Virus record (IMG/VR): IMGVR_UViG_3300008262_003578
DNA from: a virus
Strand: one strand, 5' to 3'
DNA: 64,000 nucleotides
The translations under genes and the position numbers were made by a program. Positions 7,452 to 17,924 of this stretch are shown piece after piece (the first letter of the stretch is position 1; each line of letters opens with the position of its first letter). The notes under the pieces are model-generated. The model saw only the letters and a list, made by a program, of their open reading frames with translations. It was not told where the DNA came from and did no database searches.

Positions 7452-10262
7452 ATGATAAACGAAGAAGAAATCAAAACCTTCCTAGAAGGTAATGACCCCG
7501 AGCAATTTATAGTTGCTATTGAGTACGATTATGTGTCGGACTCCATCTACAAAATCAAAGAAGACCCCATTAAAGGTAAGTTAATCCAAAAAGACACATT
7601 CACTGCATTTGCGTGGGTTGGTGATTTACGTGGTTTAAATTTCTATCAATCATCTAAGGCTCTTCAAAAAGAAGGTATGTCCAAACATGGTATTATGATT
7701 GAGAAGTTAAGAACAACTCATGAGGATGGTACATCTAATGAACAATTAGAAAATGGTTTAAAATTTATGGTTAAATCATTAAAAGGATACCGTTCCTTAA
7801 TTCAGTTTTTTCGTGATGGTGGTGTTGACCCATGGGGTGAAAGAACCAAAGATAGAATATCTGTATTACCCCCTGTTGAACAATACCTCATCTCAAAAGA
7901 AAAAAGATTATTCAAAGGGTTTGACGAATATAATGATATCACGAGGTTTGTATTTGACCTTGAGACGACCTCTTTAGAACCAAAAGACGGTCGTATTTTC
8001 ATGATTGGGGTTAAAACAAATAAAGGATTACAAAGAGTTATTGAATGTTCAAACGAAGATGAAGAACGTAGAGGTTTAGTTGAGTTCTTTAGAATAATTG
8101 ATGAGGTTAAACCAACTATTATCGGTGGGTACAACTCCGCAAACTTTGACTGGTATTGGATATTTGAAAGATGTAAAATGTTGAATATAGACATTAAAAA
8201 AATTTGTCATACCCTAAACCCTAAAGCAACCATAAAACAGTCTGAAAACCTTTTAAAATTAGCAAATGAGGTGGAAAGATATAACCAAGTTGGTATGTGG
8301 GGTTATAATGTTGTTGATATCATTCACGCGGTTCGTAGAGCACAAGCAATTAACTCAAGTATTAAGTCCGCAGGTTTGAAGTATATTACCAAGTATATTG
8401 ATGCTGAGGCTAAAGACCGTGTATATATTGACCACTTAGATATCGGTCCATTCTATGCTAAGAAAGAAGAGTTTTGGTTAAACATTGAGAATGGTAACTA
8501 TAGAAAAGTTGGTGTTGACCCAAAGGTTGATGCTATCTGTGAAAAGTATAATAAGGTTTATATTAAAACAACAGGTGATGATTTAGTTGAGCGTTATCTT
8601 GACGATGACCTTGAGGAAACGTTATTGGTGGATGAGGAATTTAACCAAGGAACGTTTCTATTAGCATCCTTAGTACCAACAACATATGAACGAGTTTCAA
8701 CAATGGGTACCGCAACTTTATGGAAAATGATTATGTTAGCGTGGTCATACAAACACAAATTAGCAATCCCCCAAAAACAAGAAAAAGGTGCGTTTGTTGG
8801 TGGTTTATCACGATTATTAAAAACAGGTTATTCTAAGGATGTATTAAAACTTGACTACTCTTCACTATATCCATCTATTCAGTTGGTTCATGATGTGTTC
8901 CCTGAATGTGACGTTATGGGGGCGATGAAAGGAATGTTAGCTTACTTCCGTAACTCTCGTATTATGTATAAAAACTTGGCTAAGGAGTGGGAAAGTAAGG
9001 ATAAGAAAACCTCACTTAAGTTTGACCGAAAACAATTACCGATTAAAATCTTTATCAACTCCCTATTCGGTGCGTTATCCGCTCCACAAGTATTTGCTTG
9101 GGGTGACATGCACAAAGGTGAACAGATTACTTGTACGGGAAGACAATATCTTCGTCAGATGTTAAGATTCTTTATGAAACGAGGTTACACCCCACTAGTG
9201 TGTGATACGGATGGTATGAACTTCTCATTACCTGAAGGTGGTGTTGATGATAGAAAGTATATTGGTAAAGGACTAAATTGGTTAGTTAAAGAGGGTAAAG
9301 AATATACAGGTTACGATGCTGATGTTGCTGAGTTTAATGATTTGTTTATGAGAGGTGCAATGGGACTTGACTGTGACGGTACCTGGAAATCTTGTATCAA
9401 CTTGGCAAGAAAGAATTATGCAACCTTAGAACATAAGGGTAAAATTAAATTAACAGGTAACACAATTAAATCTAAGAAACTACCTCTTTATATTGAGGAG
9501 TATTTGGATAAAGCGGTTAGACTTTTACTTGAGGGTGATGGTAAAGGTTTTGTTGAGTGGTATTATGAATACCTGACTAAAATATTTAATCAGGAGATTC
9601 CACTTATGAAAATCGCTCAACGAGCTAAAGTTAAATTGAGTTTGGATGATTATAATAAAAGAGCAAACCAAAAAACTAAGTCAGGCGGTGCTATGTCACG
9701 CATGGCACATATGGAGTTGGCGATTCAACATAAATTAAATGTGAATCTTGGTGATGTTATTTATTATGTAAATAATGGTACAAAGGCTTCTCAAGGGGAT
9801 GTCCAAAAAGTGGGTAAACCAAAAACGGGATGGAAAGACGCTCACAAAGACATATACCGTAACCAAACAGGTAAAGAACTTTTAGAGACAATGGATGCTA
9901 TGATACAGATTAATTGTTATATGTTAGAAAGTTCTGATATTGAATCGGACCCAAATATGACAGGTGAGTATAATGTACCAAGAGCGATTGCGACATTCAA
10001 CAAACGAATAGAACCCTTACTTATTGTCTTTAAAGATGAGGTTAGAGATGGGTTATTAGTTACTGACCCAGAAGATAGAGGTTTCTTTACAACTGAACAA
10101 TGTGAATTAATTAATGGTAAACCATTTAATGAACAAGACCAAGATACCATTGAGGATTTGTTAACAATAACTGAACAAGAAATGGAATTTTGGGGTAAGG
10201 TAGGAATTCAGCCTGATTATATCTACGAGTTAGCTAGTGAAGGGTACGAAGAGTATGTATAA
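7452..10262 (+). CDS. polB: DNA polymerase, family B, with 3'-5' exonuclease
   Basis: ExoI FDLET, ExoII GYNSANFD, ExoIII YLDDD; polymerase motifs DYSSLYPS, KIFINSLFG, CDTDG, KKNY. Confidence 0.97.
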   Translation: MINEEEIKTFLEGNDPEQFIVAIEYDYVSDSIYKIKEDPIKGKLIQKDTFTAFAWVGDLRGLNFYQSSKALQKEGMSKHGIMIEKLRTTHEDGTSNEQLENGLKFMVKSLKGYRSLIQFFRDGGVDPWGERTKDRISVLPPVEQYLISKEKRLFKGFDEYNDITRFVFDLETTSLEPKDGRIFMIGVKTNKGLQRVIECSNEDEERRGLVEFFRIIDEVKPTIIGGYNSANFDWYWIFERCKMLNIDIKKICHTLNPKATIKQSENLLKLANEVERYNQVGMWGYNVVDIIHAVRRAQAINSSIKSAGLKYITKYIDAEAKDRVYIDHLDIGPFYAKKEEFWLNIENGNYRKVGVDPKVDAICEKYNKVYIKTTGDDLVERYLDDDLEETLLVDEEFNQGTFLLASLVPTTYERVSTMGTATLWKMIMLAWSYKHKLAIPQKQEKGAFVGGLSRLLKTGYSKDVLKLDYSSLYPSIQLVHDVFPECDVMGAMKGMLAYFRNSRIMYKNLAKEWESKDKKTSLKFDRKQLPIKIFINSLFGALSAPQVFAWGDMHKGEQITCTGRQYLRQMLRFFMKRGYTPLVCDTDGMNFSLPEGGVDDRKYIGKGLNWLVKEGKEYTGYDADVAEFNDLFMRGAMGLDCDGTWKSCINLARKNYATLEHKGKIKLTGNTIKSKKLPLYIEEYLDKAVRLLLEGDGKGFVEWYYEYLTKIFNQEIPLMKIAQRAKVKLSLDDYNKRANQKTKSGGAMSRMAHMELAIQHKLNVNLGDVIYYVNNGTKASQGDVQKVGKPKTGWKDAHKDIYRNQTGKELLETMDAMIQINCYMLESSDIESDPNMTGEYNVPRAIATFNKRIEPLLIVFKDEVRDGLLVTDPEDRGFFTTEQCELINGKPFNEQDQDTIEDLLTITEQEMEFWGKVGIQPDYIYELASEGYEEYV

Positions 10263-10263
10263 T

Positions 10264-10294
10264 AAAAAAGGGACCAAAAGTCCCTTTTATTTTA
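10264..10294. terminator. Bidirectional terminator between convergent genes
   Basis: AAAAAGGGAC-CAAAA-GTCCCTTTT with flanking A/T runs. Confidence 0.8.
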
Positions 10295-10651
10295 TTCTTG
10301 TTTTAACCCATCACTAGATAATATATACCATATGTTATTGATTGATAATAACTCAACACATGCCCCTTTATCAATAAAAATTTCATCATATTCTTCATCA
10401 ATTTTACCAATCATGGGTATTATAAAAACTTTTGTTAATGCTTTTATCTTTATATGTTTAGTTGTAGATGAATCCAACATAACTCTTGATGAGTTAACCT
10501 CTCTAACAACCAAAATACTTTCTCCTTTGGTTCTATAATCAGTGTTTGAAATAACTTTAATTTCATTATTTTTAGGTGACCTATCATCAATAACTGTTTC
10601 GGTCATATAAAATTTATCACCAATTCTTTTTTTATTTATTAACGTTTTCAT
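10292..10651 (-). CDS. Hypothetical protein, possibly neck/collar-associated
   Basis: 119-aa ORF on the minus strand (CAT at 10649-10651), starting 1 nt after the gp13-like stop. C-terminal GACVELLSINNIWYILSSDG resembles fibre-type beta modules. Confidence 0.6.
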   Translation of the reverse strand: MKTLINKKRIGDKFYMTETVIDDRSPKNNEIKVISNTDYRTKGESILVVREVNSSRVMLDSSTTKHIKIKALTKVFIIPMIGKIDEEYDEIFIDKGACVELLSINNIWYILSSDGLKQE

Positions 10652-10652
10652 T

Positions 10653-11774
10653 TTATATCACATATATTTGTCTTGGCATTGCTCTGAACTTTAATTGTTT
10701 ATTTAAGTTCTCAGCTAATAATGCCTCACGTTCCATAACCTTTTCAGGTTTCAATCTTGTTAGTCTTCCTTCGGCCCCAATTAATTCCTCAATTAACTTT
10801 GTTTTTTCATCTTTGGCTTCAGTTGACAATGATTGATAATCCATTGTTAATTCAGAATCGGGTGTTTTTAAGTTACCGCTATATTTACCTCTTACTCTTG
10901 AAAGTGTTTCTTTACAATATGCAATAAACCAACGTCTAACCCATTGTTGTGCAGGGTTATTAAGTTCAGTCCAACTCATGTTTTCAAAAGGGACATCTGA
11001 AGGTAATTTGATAATATCAGGATTATCTTTAAGACATTTATCTCTACCACCTTGTGTTGTGTCATAATAATGATACCACACTTTACCTCTCATTAATGTT
11101 GCGTTACCGAAGTCAAATTTACCACCTGGAGTATTCATTAAATTAATTGACTTTTTACCATCAGGTAATGCCGTAATAGTGTAAGTTAGGTCACCAGCGA
11201 TAATTCTTCTTTGTATATTAATTTCTTGCATTCTCAATAACATATCAAATGCTGGCATCATAAAATATGAACCCGAATAACCCATTTGTGAATAACCCGC
11301 AGGTCCACCAAGTCCAGCTCCACCAAGGGCTCCAAATGTCCAAGGGTCAAATAGTAAATTATTTAATTCTGAAGGTGTAAACCATAGTAGTTCATTGATT
11401 TCCCTATTAGCGGGAATTTCATACATTTGTTGATTCGCTTGTAACTGAATGTAGTCTTTTTTTAATTCCCAATCACCACCAGCTTGTAATCCAACTATTT
11501 TAGAATAAGCGTATGTGTACCTCGTTTCATAATCCAAACTCTTAGTAATAAATGCTCGGGATAAAGATTGAGTATCTAAATTAAGATTATATAATGAAGT
11601 CCATTGAGATTCAATTAGCCAATCTTGAACATATTGTGAGTATTCCCCTATAGAGAACTCTAATAATGTGTCCATTTGTTCGTCCTCTAATTCAACTGAA
11701 CGTAATGGGGCTCCCAACAAATGTCTAACTTTTTTGTATAGGGAACTTCTTTCTGGTTCTGGGATAACTGACAT
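10653..11774 (-). CDS. Neck / head-tail connector protein (T4 gp13-like)
   Basis: LLGAPLRSVELEDEQMD at the N-terminus and W-x-RRWFIAYCKETLSRVRGKYSG near the C-terminus are typical of gp13-like adaptors. Confidence 0.75.
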   Translation of the reverse strand: MSVIPEPERSSLYKKVRHLLGAPLRSVELEDEQMDTLLEFSIGEYSQYVQDWLIESQWTSLYNLNLDTQSLSRAFITKSLDYETRYTYAYSKIVGLQAGGDWELKKDYIQLQANQQMYEIPANREINELLWFTPSELNNLLFDPWTFGALGGAGLGGPAGYSQMGYSGSYFMMPAFDMLLRMQEINIQRRIIAGDLTYTITALPDGKKSINLMNTPGGKFDFGNATLMRGKVWYHYYDTTQGGRDKCLKDNPDIIKLPSDVPFENMSWTELNNPAQQWVRRWFIAYCKETLSRVRGKYSGNLKTPDSELTMDYQSLSTEAKDEKTKLIEELIGAEGRLTRLKPEKVMEREALLAENLNKQLKFRAMPRQIYVI

Positions 11775-11813
11775 ATATATTTTTTTATATATAAATATCT
11801 AGACGATACTCTT

Positions 11814-12974
11814 TTATCTACAAATTATTTTGTCGGTATCTTTTTTAGGGATGTTTAAAATAATTTTTTTTAAAACATCAGATTCTCTGTCAAATACATA
11901 AGCGGGGATTGAGGTACCTCTAAGGTCAGGATTAATTCTAAATCTAATTGATAATCTTTTTTCATTACACCCTCTTTGACCTAAATTAGACCAATAGAAT
12001 TGAATGTATTTTGACGGTATAATAGTATAATCATCATATATTAAACCGTCCATATTACCTGACAAGTTATCAAGGAAAGTTTCAGCAATTGGTAACTTTT
12101 CAACCCACTTGAATATAGCGTCTATGGTGTGGTTATATATTCCTAAATGAGTTGGTTTAAAAGATGATAAATCGCTTTGTTTAAAAATAGAAAAGAATTC
12201 GGACAAATAACTATCAATGTTAGTATCCATCATTTTTATCTCAAACTTTGACCCCGCACTAAAAAGGATTTCTTCATTACCATTATCATCAATAACATAT
12301 AAAGGTTTTTTAGAAACAACATCAATTTTAGTTGGGTTAGATGATTCTAAAGATTCAACTATACAAGATTTAATATCTTCTAGTAGTTCGGTGAATTCAT
12401 TCTCATCGGAAGTTTGTTTAAGTTTATCTATAATATCAATAAATTTATCGGTACTTTCTTCACCACATTTATAATTTAAACTTAACCCAGTTCGTTTAGG
12501 GTCAAAATATTCACCAACAAAACTGTTTTCGTATTGGGTATATTCGGTCTGACGAACATTTTTAAGTATTTCCTCTAAATCATCAGGTATAATACCCTCT
12601 CTACTTATTTGTTTAAGTTTTCTTTTTAAAGGTACATTTTCCACTTCATTACCATCTATAAATTTTGCAATGGTTTTTAGTATGCTAATAGTTCTATCTT
12701 CATATTGTAATGATAACTCTAAAATCTTAGGTAGTAACCCAACATTTTTATGACCAAAAAATTTGTGTATTGACCTTATAGAATCATTTAATGATTTTTT
12801 AAGTTTGTCGTCTAAAGTATCCCTCAATGATTTTAATCTACACGATGGACTGTTAATGTTTCTTGACGTTTTACATAGTTTAGATAAATAATCACGGGTG
12901 TCCGCATTTGTTACGACTTCACCATCAGATTCAAAAATACGGTTGTACTGACTTTCAGACATTATGAATTTCAT
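11814..12974 (-). CDS. Hypothetical protein (386 aa), possible head-packaged protein
   Basis: Long clean ORF; N-terminus MKFIMSESQYNRIFES has I-x-x-E / I-x-E motifs; no family recognised. Confidence 0.7.
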   Translation of the reverse strand: MKFIMSESQYNRIFESDGEVVTNADTRDYLSKLCKTSRNINSPSCRLKSLRDTLDDKLKKSLNDSIRSIHKFFGHKNVGLLPKILELSLQYEDRTISILKTIAKFIDGNEVENVPLKRKLKQISREGIIPDDLEEILKNVRQTEYTQYENSFVGEYFDPKRTGLSLNYKCGEESTDKFIDIIDKLKQTSDENEFTELLEDIKSCIVESLESSNPTKIDVVSKKPLYVIDDNGNEEILFSAGSKFEIKMMDTNIDSYLSEFFSIFKQSDLSSFKPTHLGIYNHTIDAIFKWVEKLPIAETFLDNLSGNMDGLIYDDYTIIPSKYIQFYWSNLGQRGCNEKRLSIRFRINPDLRGTSIPAYVFDRESDVLKKIILNIPKKDTDKIICR

Positions 12975-12975
12975 A

Positions 12976-14505
12976 TTAATAAATATCCTTTATTAAGTTA
13001 TTGTCAGGTATAACATATTTACCATTAGTTATTTTGACATTTTTATTATCAAAAATCATAATTTTACCACTAGTACTTGCAAAAATTAACCAATCAGTTG
13101 TATATTGTTTTATTTGACCAGTATCATTCATTGTATATTCCCCATTTGATAGGTCAAATGTTTTATATGGTTTTACTTGTGCAGTGAAAATGTTATTATC
13201 AATTTTAACTCTACAATCAATTCCACCGACAGCATCTTCCAAACTACCAAGTTCTCCCACTTTTTCTACATTATCTTCACCATAGATTTCTTTAAGTTTG
13301 GTAACAACCATCTCTTCAGTAGCATCACCAATTTTGTTGGTACTACCTAATGTTGCCATTATGTTTTCAAATGTCGGAGATGAAATTGTAAAAATTCTAA
13401 ATTTAAATTCATTAACAACCTCAATAAGTTTTTTAGATTCGTCTATTTGTTGTTTAACTGACTTACCATCAAATGATATTGTTGGTCTGTTTAATTTTGT
13501 TAATACTTTGTTAATGTCATTTATTAAAACACAGAACACCTCGTAGTTTGTATTAATTTTATTTAATACAGACCTACCAGGTTTTTCTAAATCATAGATA
13601 CCATTCATTTGGTCAACACCATACTCATCTTTTTTATAGTAGTTGTCAGGAAATACATCTGATAATATTTTTTCAATCCCATATCGGTAAATCTTTTTAA
13701 CATACTTGTTGGTGTTAAATATGTCTTTGTATTTAACAACATCGGACCTCTTACACCTATCGGAAACACCCTCAGTAATGATATATTTCATTTTAATATT
13801 CTCATTAATTTTAGTTTGAGTTTTCATCTTCAACAGTTCGTTAACAAATTTCCAATTCACACATTTCCAAAAGTTACGGATATATTCATCTCTTTTATTT
13901 TGGTATTTTAAATAATATGCATGCTCCCATAAATCCAAACCTAATAGAGGGTAACCTCCATTTTTAATAATATTCATCAATGGATTATCTTGGTTTGGTG
14001 TTGAAATGATTTTTAATGTACCTCTTTTAGTTAAGACTAACCAAGCCCATCCTGAACCAAATCTATTTTTAGATATATCCTCAAATTTAGATTTAAATTC
14101 TTTAAAACTGCCAAATGACTGATTTATTTTTTTAAGTATCGGTCCATCACATTGTTGTTCTTTAGGTGATAACATTTTCCAAAACAAAGCGTGATTAAAT
14201 GCTCCACCAGCATTATTTCTAATTGTTTTGTTGTACTTACTGATTTTCTTAATAATATCCTCAAGTTCCACATCACCATATTCTTTTTTGGATAATGCGT
14301 CATTTAATTTTTTAACATATCCTTTATAGTGTTTATTGTAATGGAAATCCATTGTTTCAGCATCAATGAAATTTTTTAAAGCTGAATAGGCGTACGGCAA
14401 TTTCTCAATCCCAATTTTTTTCGCTTCACTAATAAGTGTTCTTTTAGCGGATTGTTTTTTAATATCTTCAGTAAGCAATTTTGCTTTTTCTTCTAACGAT
14501 TTCAT
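12976..14505 (-). CDS. sodA: Mn/Fe superoxide dismutase (Mn-type signature) fused to a C-terminal PD-(D/E)xK-like domain
   Basis: LPYAYSAL, HYNKHYKGY, NNAGGAFNH, FGSGWAWL, NQDNP and DLWEHAYY give all SOD ligands; GG plus QD is the Mn-type signature. C-terminal TEE...GID...QVK. Confidence 0.88.
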   Translation of the reverse strand: MKSLEEKAKLLTEDIKKQSAKRTLISEAKKIGIEKLPYAYSALKNFIDAETMDFHYNKHYKGYVKKLNDALSKKEYGDVELEDIIKKISKYNKTIRNNAGGAFNHALFWKMLSPKEQQCDGPILKKINQSFGSFKEFKSKFEDISKNRFGSGWAWLVLTKRGTLKIISTPNQDNPLMNIIKNGGYPLLGLDLWEHAYYLKYQNKRDEYIRNFWKCVNWKFVNELLKMKTQTKINENIKMKYIITEGVSDRCKRSDVVKYKDIFNTNKYVKKIYRYGIEKILSDVFPDNYYKKDEYGVDQMNGIYDLEKPGRSVLNKINTNYEVFCVLINDINKVLTKLNRPTISFDGKSVKQQIDESKKLIEVVNEFKFRIFTISSPTFENIMATLGSTNKIGDATEEMVVTKLKEIYGEDNVEKVGELGSLEDAVGGIDCRVKIDNNIFTAQVKPYKTFDLSNGEYTMNDTGQIKQYTTDWLIFASTSGKIMIFDNKNVKITNGKYVIPDNNLIKDIY

Positions 14506-14547
14506 ATTCTTAATATATTACTATAAATAAGCCGAAACCTCAAAATA

Positions 14548-16317
14548 TCACTTAGAATGTATACGATTCATTATTTCTTGTACAACATCACTCTTATCAA
14601 TATTATCTCCCATTACGGTATCAATCACATTTTTCTTATTTGATAAAATATCATATATTGCTCCCTCAATAGAGTTTTCAAATATAGGATAATAAATTGA
14701 CACACTATTCTTTTGACCGAATCTATAAGCTCGGTCCTCTGCTTGTTGGTGGTCTGATGGAACAAATGATAAGTCATTCATAATACATGCCTCACCAGCG
14801 GTGAGAGTAATTCCGACACCCGCGGCTTTAAGGTTCCCAACAAATACTTTGATTTTATCGTTCTCTTGGAATTGGTCAACGGCATTTTGGCGATGAGGTT
14901 TACTACATGACCCATCTAAATAAACCGCTTGTTTACCAAAGTGTTGATAAATTTTTTGTAGTGTGTCTGTAAAGTTTGTAAATATGATGACCTTTTTATC
15001 TTGGTCAATAATACTTTGAGCTAATTCTATTGTGGTATTTATTTTTTCTTCGGCAATTACTTGTCTAACCTTCATCAACTTACTAAATTGAATCGTTAAT
15101 GATGAAGATTCTTCTTTTTTATTTTCATACCAATTATAATACTCACCCATTAAACCTTCGTAGTTTTTTGATTTGAGTCTTAGATATACTGGTGTGATTA
15201 TCTTGTCAGGTAAATCTAACACATCAGTTTTTAATCTCCTTAAAAATTGTCTTGATGTTCTATCCCTTAATTCCTCTAAGTTGGATGCTCCTGATGTATT
15301 CCATACTTTTCTTTTACCTGCATTAAATTGATACCCCTGACAATATCTAATTGCGTAAGCCATCCAATTCTGAGCAACGGGACTTTCAATTAAGTTTAAT
15401 AAATTATAATAATTCATTGGTCGTGATGTCATTGGTGTTCCCGTTAACAACCAAAGATATTTTGTTTTTGATGCAAAATTATTTACAAGTTTGGTCCTTT
15501 GAGCCTGACCATTTTGAATGTAGTGAGCCTCATCAATGATGATTAGTTCAGGATTAAATTGAGATATTAATGTTTCTTCTTTTGATTTTAATTCGTGGAA
15601 GTTCTTTAGTATATCATAATTAATTATCAGGAAATCATGTTCTAATGAAAAGTTTTTACCTTCAGCAATATAAACACTTCTGTCAGTATAGTTTGCAATT
15701 TCTCTTTGCCAATTTATTTTTAACGATGCAGGACATATAATCAAAACTCTTTTTGCTCCTGTTTCTAAAGCGGCAATAATTGTTGATGTGGTCTTACCTA
15801 ATCCCATATCATCCGCTAAGATAAATCTTTTAGTACCTACCAATTTCTCAATAGATTCTTTCTGATGTGATAATGGGGGTCTATGTTCGTATTTAGAATA
15901 ATCAATCTCAACTTTTTCAGTGGTGTGAGTTTTTATTATGGCACTTTTAGGTAACCAAAAGTCATGAAGTTGTTCAGATTCAAACACCTTACCCCAAATA
16001 TGATAAGCCTTGTCTTTCTCAACCAATAATTTCTCAACCCATATTTTTTCAGGTATGGTTGTATATAGTTTTTCATCAGATATTTTTTTAGCAAAATAAG
16101 GGTCAAGGTCAACCCATTTTTTGGCGACTTTAGGATTAACACCTGAATAGTTTATAATATAATCTGATTGTGAGCGTGTAGGAACAAAGCTCTTATTCGT
16201 TAAGAACTTATTCTTTAAATTTATCAAAAAGTTATTTGACCCTTGATATTCTTCCAATATATTAAGAGCCTTTCTTTCAACAACTTCAAAATTACTTTTT
16301 ATTTCGTTATTTTCCAA
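14548..16317 (-). CDS. SNF2/SWI2-family helicase-like ATPase (SMARCAL1/HARP-like)
   Basis: LADDMGLGKT, DEAH, LTGTP, AAGVGITL, QAEDRAYRFGQ; TTG start. Confidence 0.92.
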   Translation of the reverse strand: MENNEIKSNFEVVERKALNILEEYQGSNNFLINLKNKFLTNKSFVPTRSQSDYIINYSGVNPKVAKKWVDLDPYFAKKISDEKLYTTIPEKIWVEKLLVEKDKAYHIWGKVFESEQLHDFWLPKSAIIKTHTTEKVEIDYSKYEHRPPLSHQKESIEKLVGTKRFILADDMGLGKTTSTIIAALETGAKRVLIICPASLKINWQREIANYTDRSVYIAEGKNFSLEHDFLIINYDILKNFHELKSKEETLISQFNPELIIIDEAHYIQNGQAQRTKLVNNFASKTKYLWLLTGTPMTSRPMNYYNLLNLIESPVAQNWMAYAIRYCQGYQFNAGKRKVWNTSGASNLEELRDRTSRQFLRRLKTDVLDLPDKIITPVYLRLKSKNYEGLMGEYYNWYENKKEESSSLTIQFSKLMKVRQVIAEEKINTTIELAQSIIDQDKKVIIFTNFTDTLQKIYQHFGKQAVYLDGSCSKPHRQNAVDQFQENDKIKVFVGNLKAAGVGITLTAGEACIMNDLSFVPSDHQQAEDRAYRFGQKNSVSIYYPIFENSIEGAIYDILSNKKNVIDTVMGDNIDKSDVVQEIMNRIHSK

Positions 16318-16366
16318 AACTAAAGTTTAATTATAAATAATAATCATAATTAGGATATTTATCAAT

Positions 16367-16882
16367 ATGTCAGAAAATAAAGTTCCAATAACAAGATTAG
16401 GTAAATTCTTTGGTGCTGAAGATTTTAATTTGGATATCTCTATGGGTGAAGAATGGTTACACGGAGATATGAATTTTACATTGGTATTATATAGAATTGA
16501 CCGTAAAAAAACTGTCACAGATGATGTGTATGGTGAGACTGTTAGTGATGGTATCAAATTTTTACCTCCTATAGAATTTAAAGCATTTGTACAGGTTATG
16601 GCTCCTGAAAATAAAAATGTGGGTAATTCTAAAATAGAACAATTTGAACCTGGTAATATTAGAGTATCGGTTTATCAATCACATTTGGATGAATTAGGTA
16701 TTGATATTGAATTTGGTGATTATATAGCTTATTACGAAACTGAAACACGAGTTAGATATTACACGGTTAATAATGATGGTCGTGTTGTTTCTGACAACAA
16801 ACACACATATGGTGGTTATAAACCATTTTATAAAACTATTATTGCGTCTCCTGTTGGACCAAATGAATTTAACGGATTATAA
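16367..16882 (+). CDS. Neck / head-closure protein (T4 gp14-like)
   Basis: DDVYGE...FLPP motif and DIEFGDYI; position directly before a tail terminator gene. Confidence 0.6.
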   Translation: MSENKVPITRLGKFFGAEDFNLDISMGEEWLHGDMNFTLVLYRIDRKKTVTDDVYGETVSDGIKFLPPIEFKAFVQVMAPENKNVGNSKIEQFEPGNIRVSVYQSHLDELGIDIEFGDYIAYYETETRVRYYTVNNDGRVVSDNKHTYGGYKPFYKTIIASPVGPNEFNGL

Positions 16883-16886
16883 TTAA

Positions 16887-17924
16887 ATGGCTTTACCAAA
16901 AAAAATAAAAAAAGACATTCCACTAACTGAACAAAAAACTCTTTTACCGAGAAGACAAGAGTTAGTAGATAAAATTAATAGAGATGGTACTTACCTTCCT
17001 AAATCAATTCTTCATGCAGATTTAGATGGTGGTATGTTAGAGTTTGTTAAGAACGATTTAAAAACTGTCGTCACTGGAAAAGTAATACCAATGATAGATA
17101 TTTTAATTACAACTCAAAATTGGGCTCAATTCGCACAAACTTGGGATATTCAAAACATTGACAAAAATGTGGAACCCCCTTTTATTACTGTAGTTAGAGT
17201 ACCCGAAGTTAAATACGGGACTAACCCATCAACCGTTTATAATATACCAAATAGAAAACAATTTTTTTACGCTCAGGTACCAACTTGGGATGGACAAAGA
17301 AACGGACTTGACATATATAAAATACCTCAACCTGTTCCCGTTGATATAACATTCCAAGTCAAAATAGTTTGTAACAGAATGAGGGAGTTAAATAAATTTA
17401 ATCAAATTGTTATTGAGAAATTTGCCTCAAGACAGGCTTATACTAATATTAAAGGTCATTATATTCCTATAATAATGAACGGAATAACCGACGAATCTGT
17501 AAATGACATTGAGAAAAGAAAATATTATGTCCAAAGTTACGAATTCACAATGTTAGGATTTTTAATTGATGAAGACGAATTTGAAGTTTCTCCCGCAGTG
17601 TCAAGAGTGTTACAAGTCTTAGAGTTGGAACAAAATAAAAGTAAGAAAAGAAAAAAGGAAAATTCAAATCCTGACAATTTATCAACGGTTGCATTATTTG
17701 TGGTTGGTAATAATGTATTGAGTGAGTTATTCAATTACACCGTTGATATTAACATCGGAAATATTTCAAATGTTGAATCTTTTGATGTTTATATTAATGA
17801 CGATTATTATGGTAGTGATTTAAGTTTAATACAAATTAACACTAACGATAGGTTACGAATTGAGATAACTAAAAATGATGACACAAAAGAAGCGACGATA
17901 GAGTTTAATAATAAATTACTTTAA
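16887..17924 (+). CDS. Tail completion / sheath terminator protein (gp15-like)
   Basis: PQPVPVDITFQVKI...F...YYVQSYEFTMLG beta-rich tube-like fold pattern; lies between neck and sheath genes. Confidence 0.55.
   Translation: MALPKKIKKDIPLTEQKTLLPRRQELVDKINRDGTYLPKSILHADLDGGMLEFVKNDLKTVVTGKVIPMIDILITTQNWAQFAQTWDIQNIDKNVEPPFITVVRVPEVKYGTNPSTVYNIPNRKQFFYAQVPTWDGQRNGLDIYKIPQPVPVDITFQVKIVCNRMRELNKFNQIVIEKFASRQAYTNIKGHYIPIIMNGITDESVNDIEKRKYYVQSYEFTMLGFLIDEDEFEVSPAVSRVLQVLELEQNKSKKRKKENSNPDNLSTVALFVVGNNVLSELFNYTVDINIGNISNVESFDVYINDDYYGSDLSLIQINTNDRLRIEITKNDDTKEATIEFNNKLL

Noticed and set aside
7452-10262. Inteins or introns in polB, dnaB or nrdA
   Set aside because: Lengths are ordinary, catalytic motifs are contiguous, and no C/S...HN splice junctions or homing endonuclease motifs were seen.
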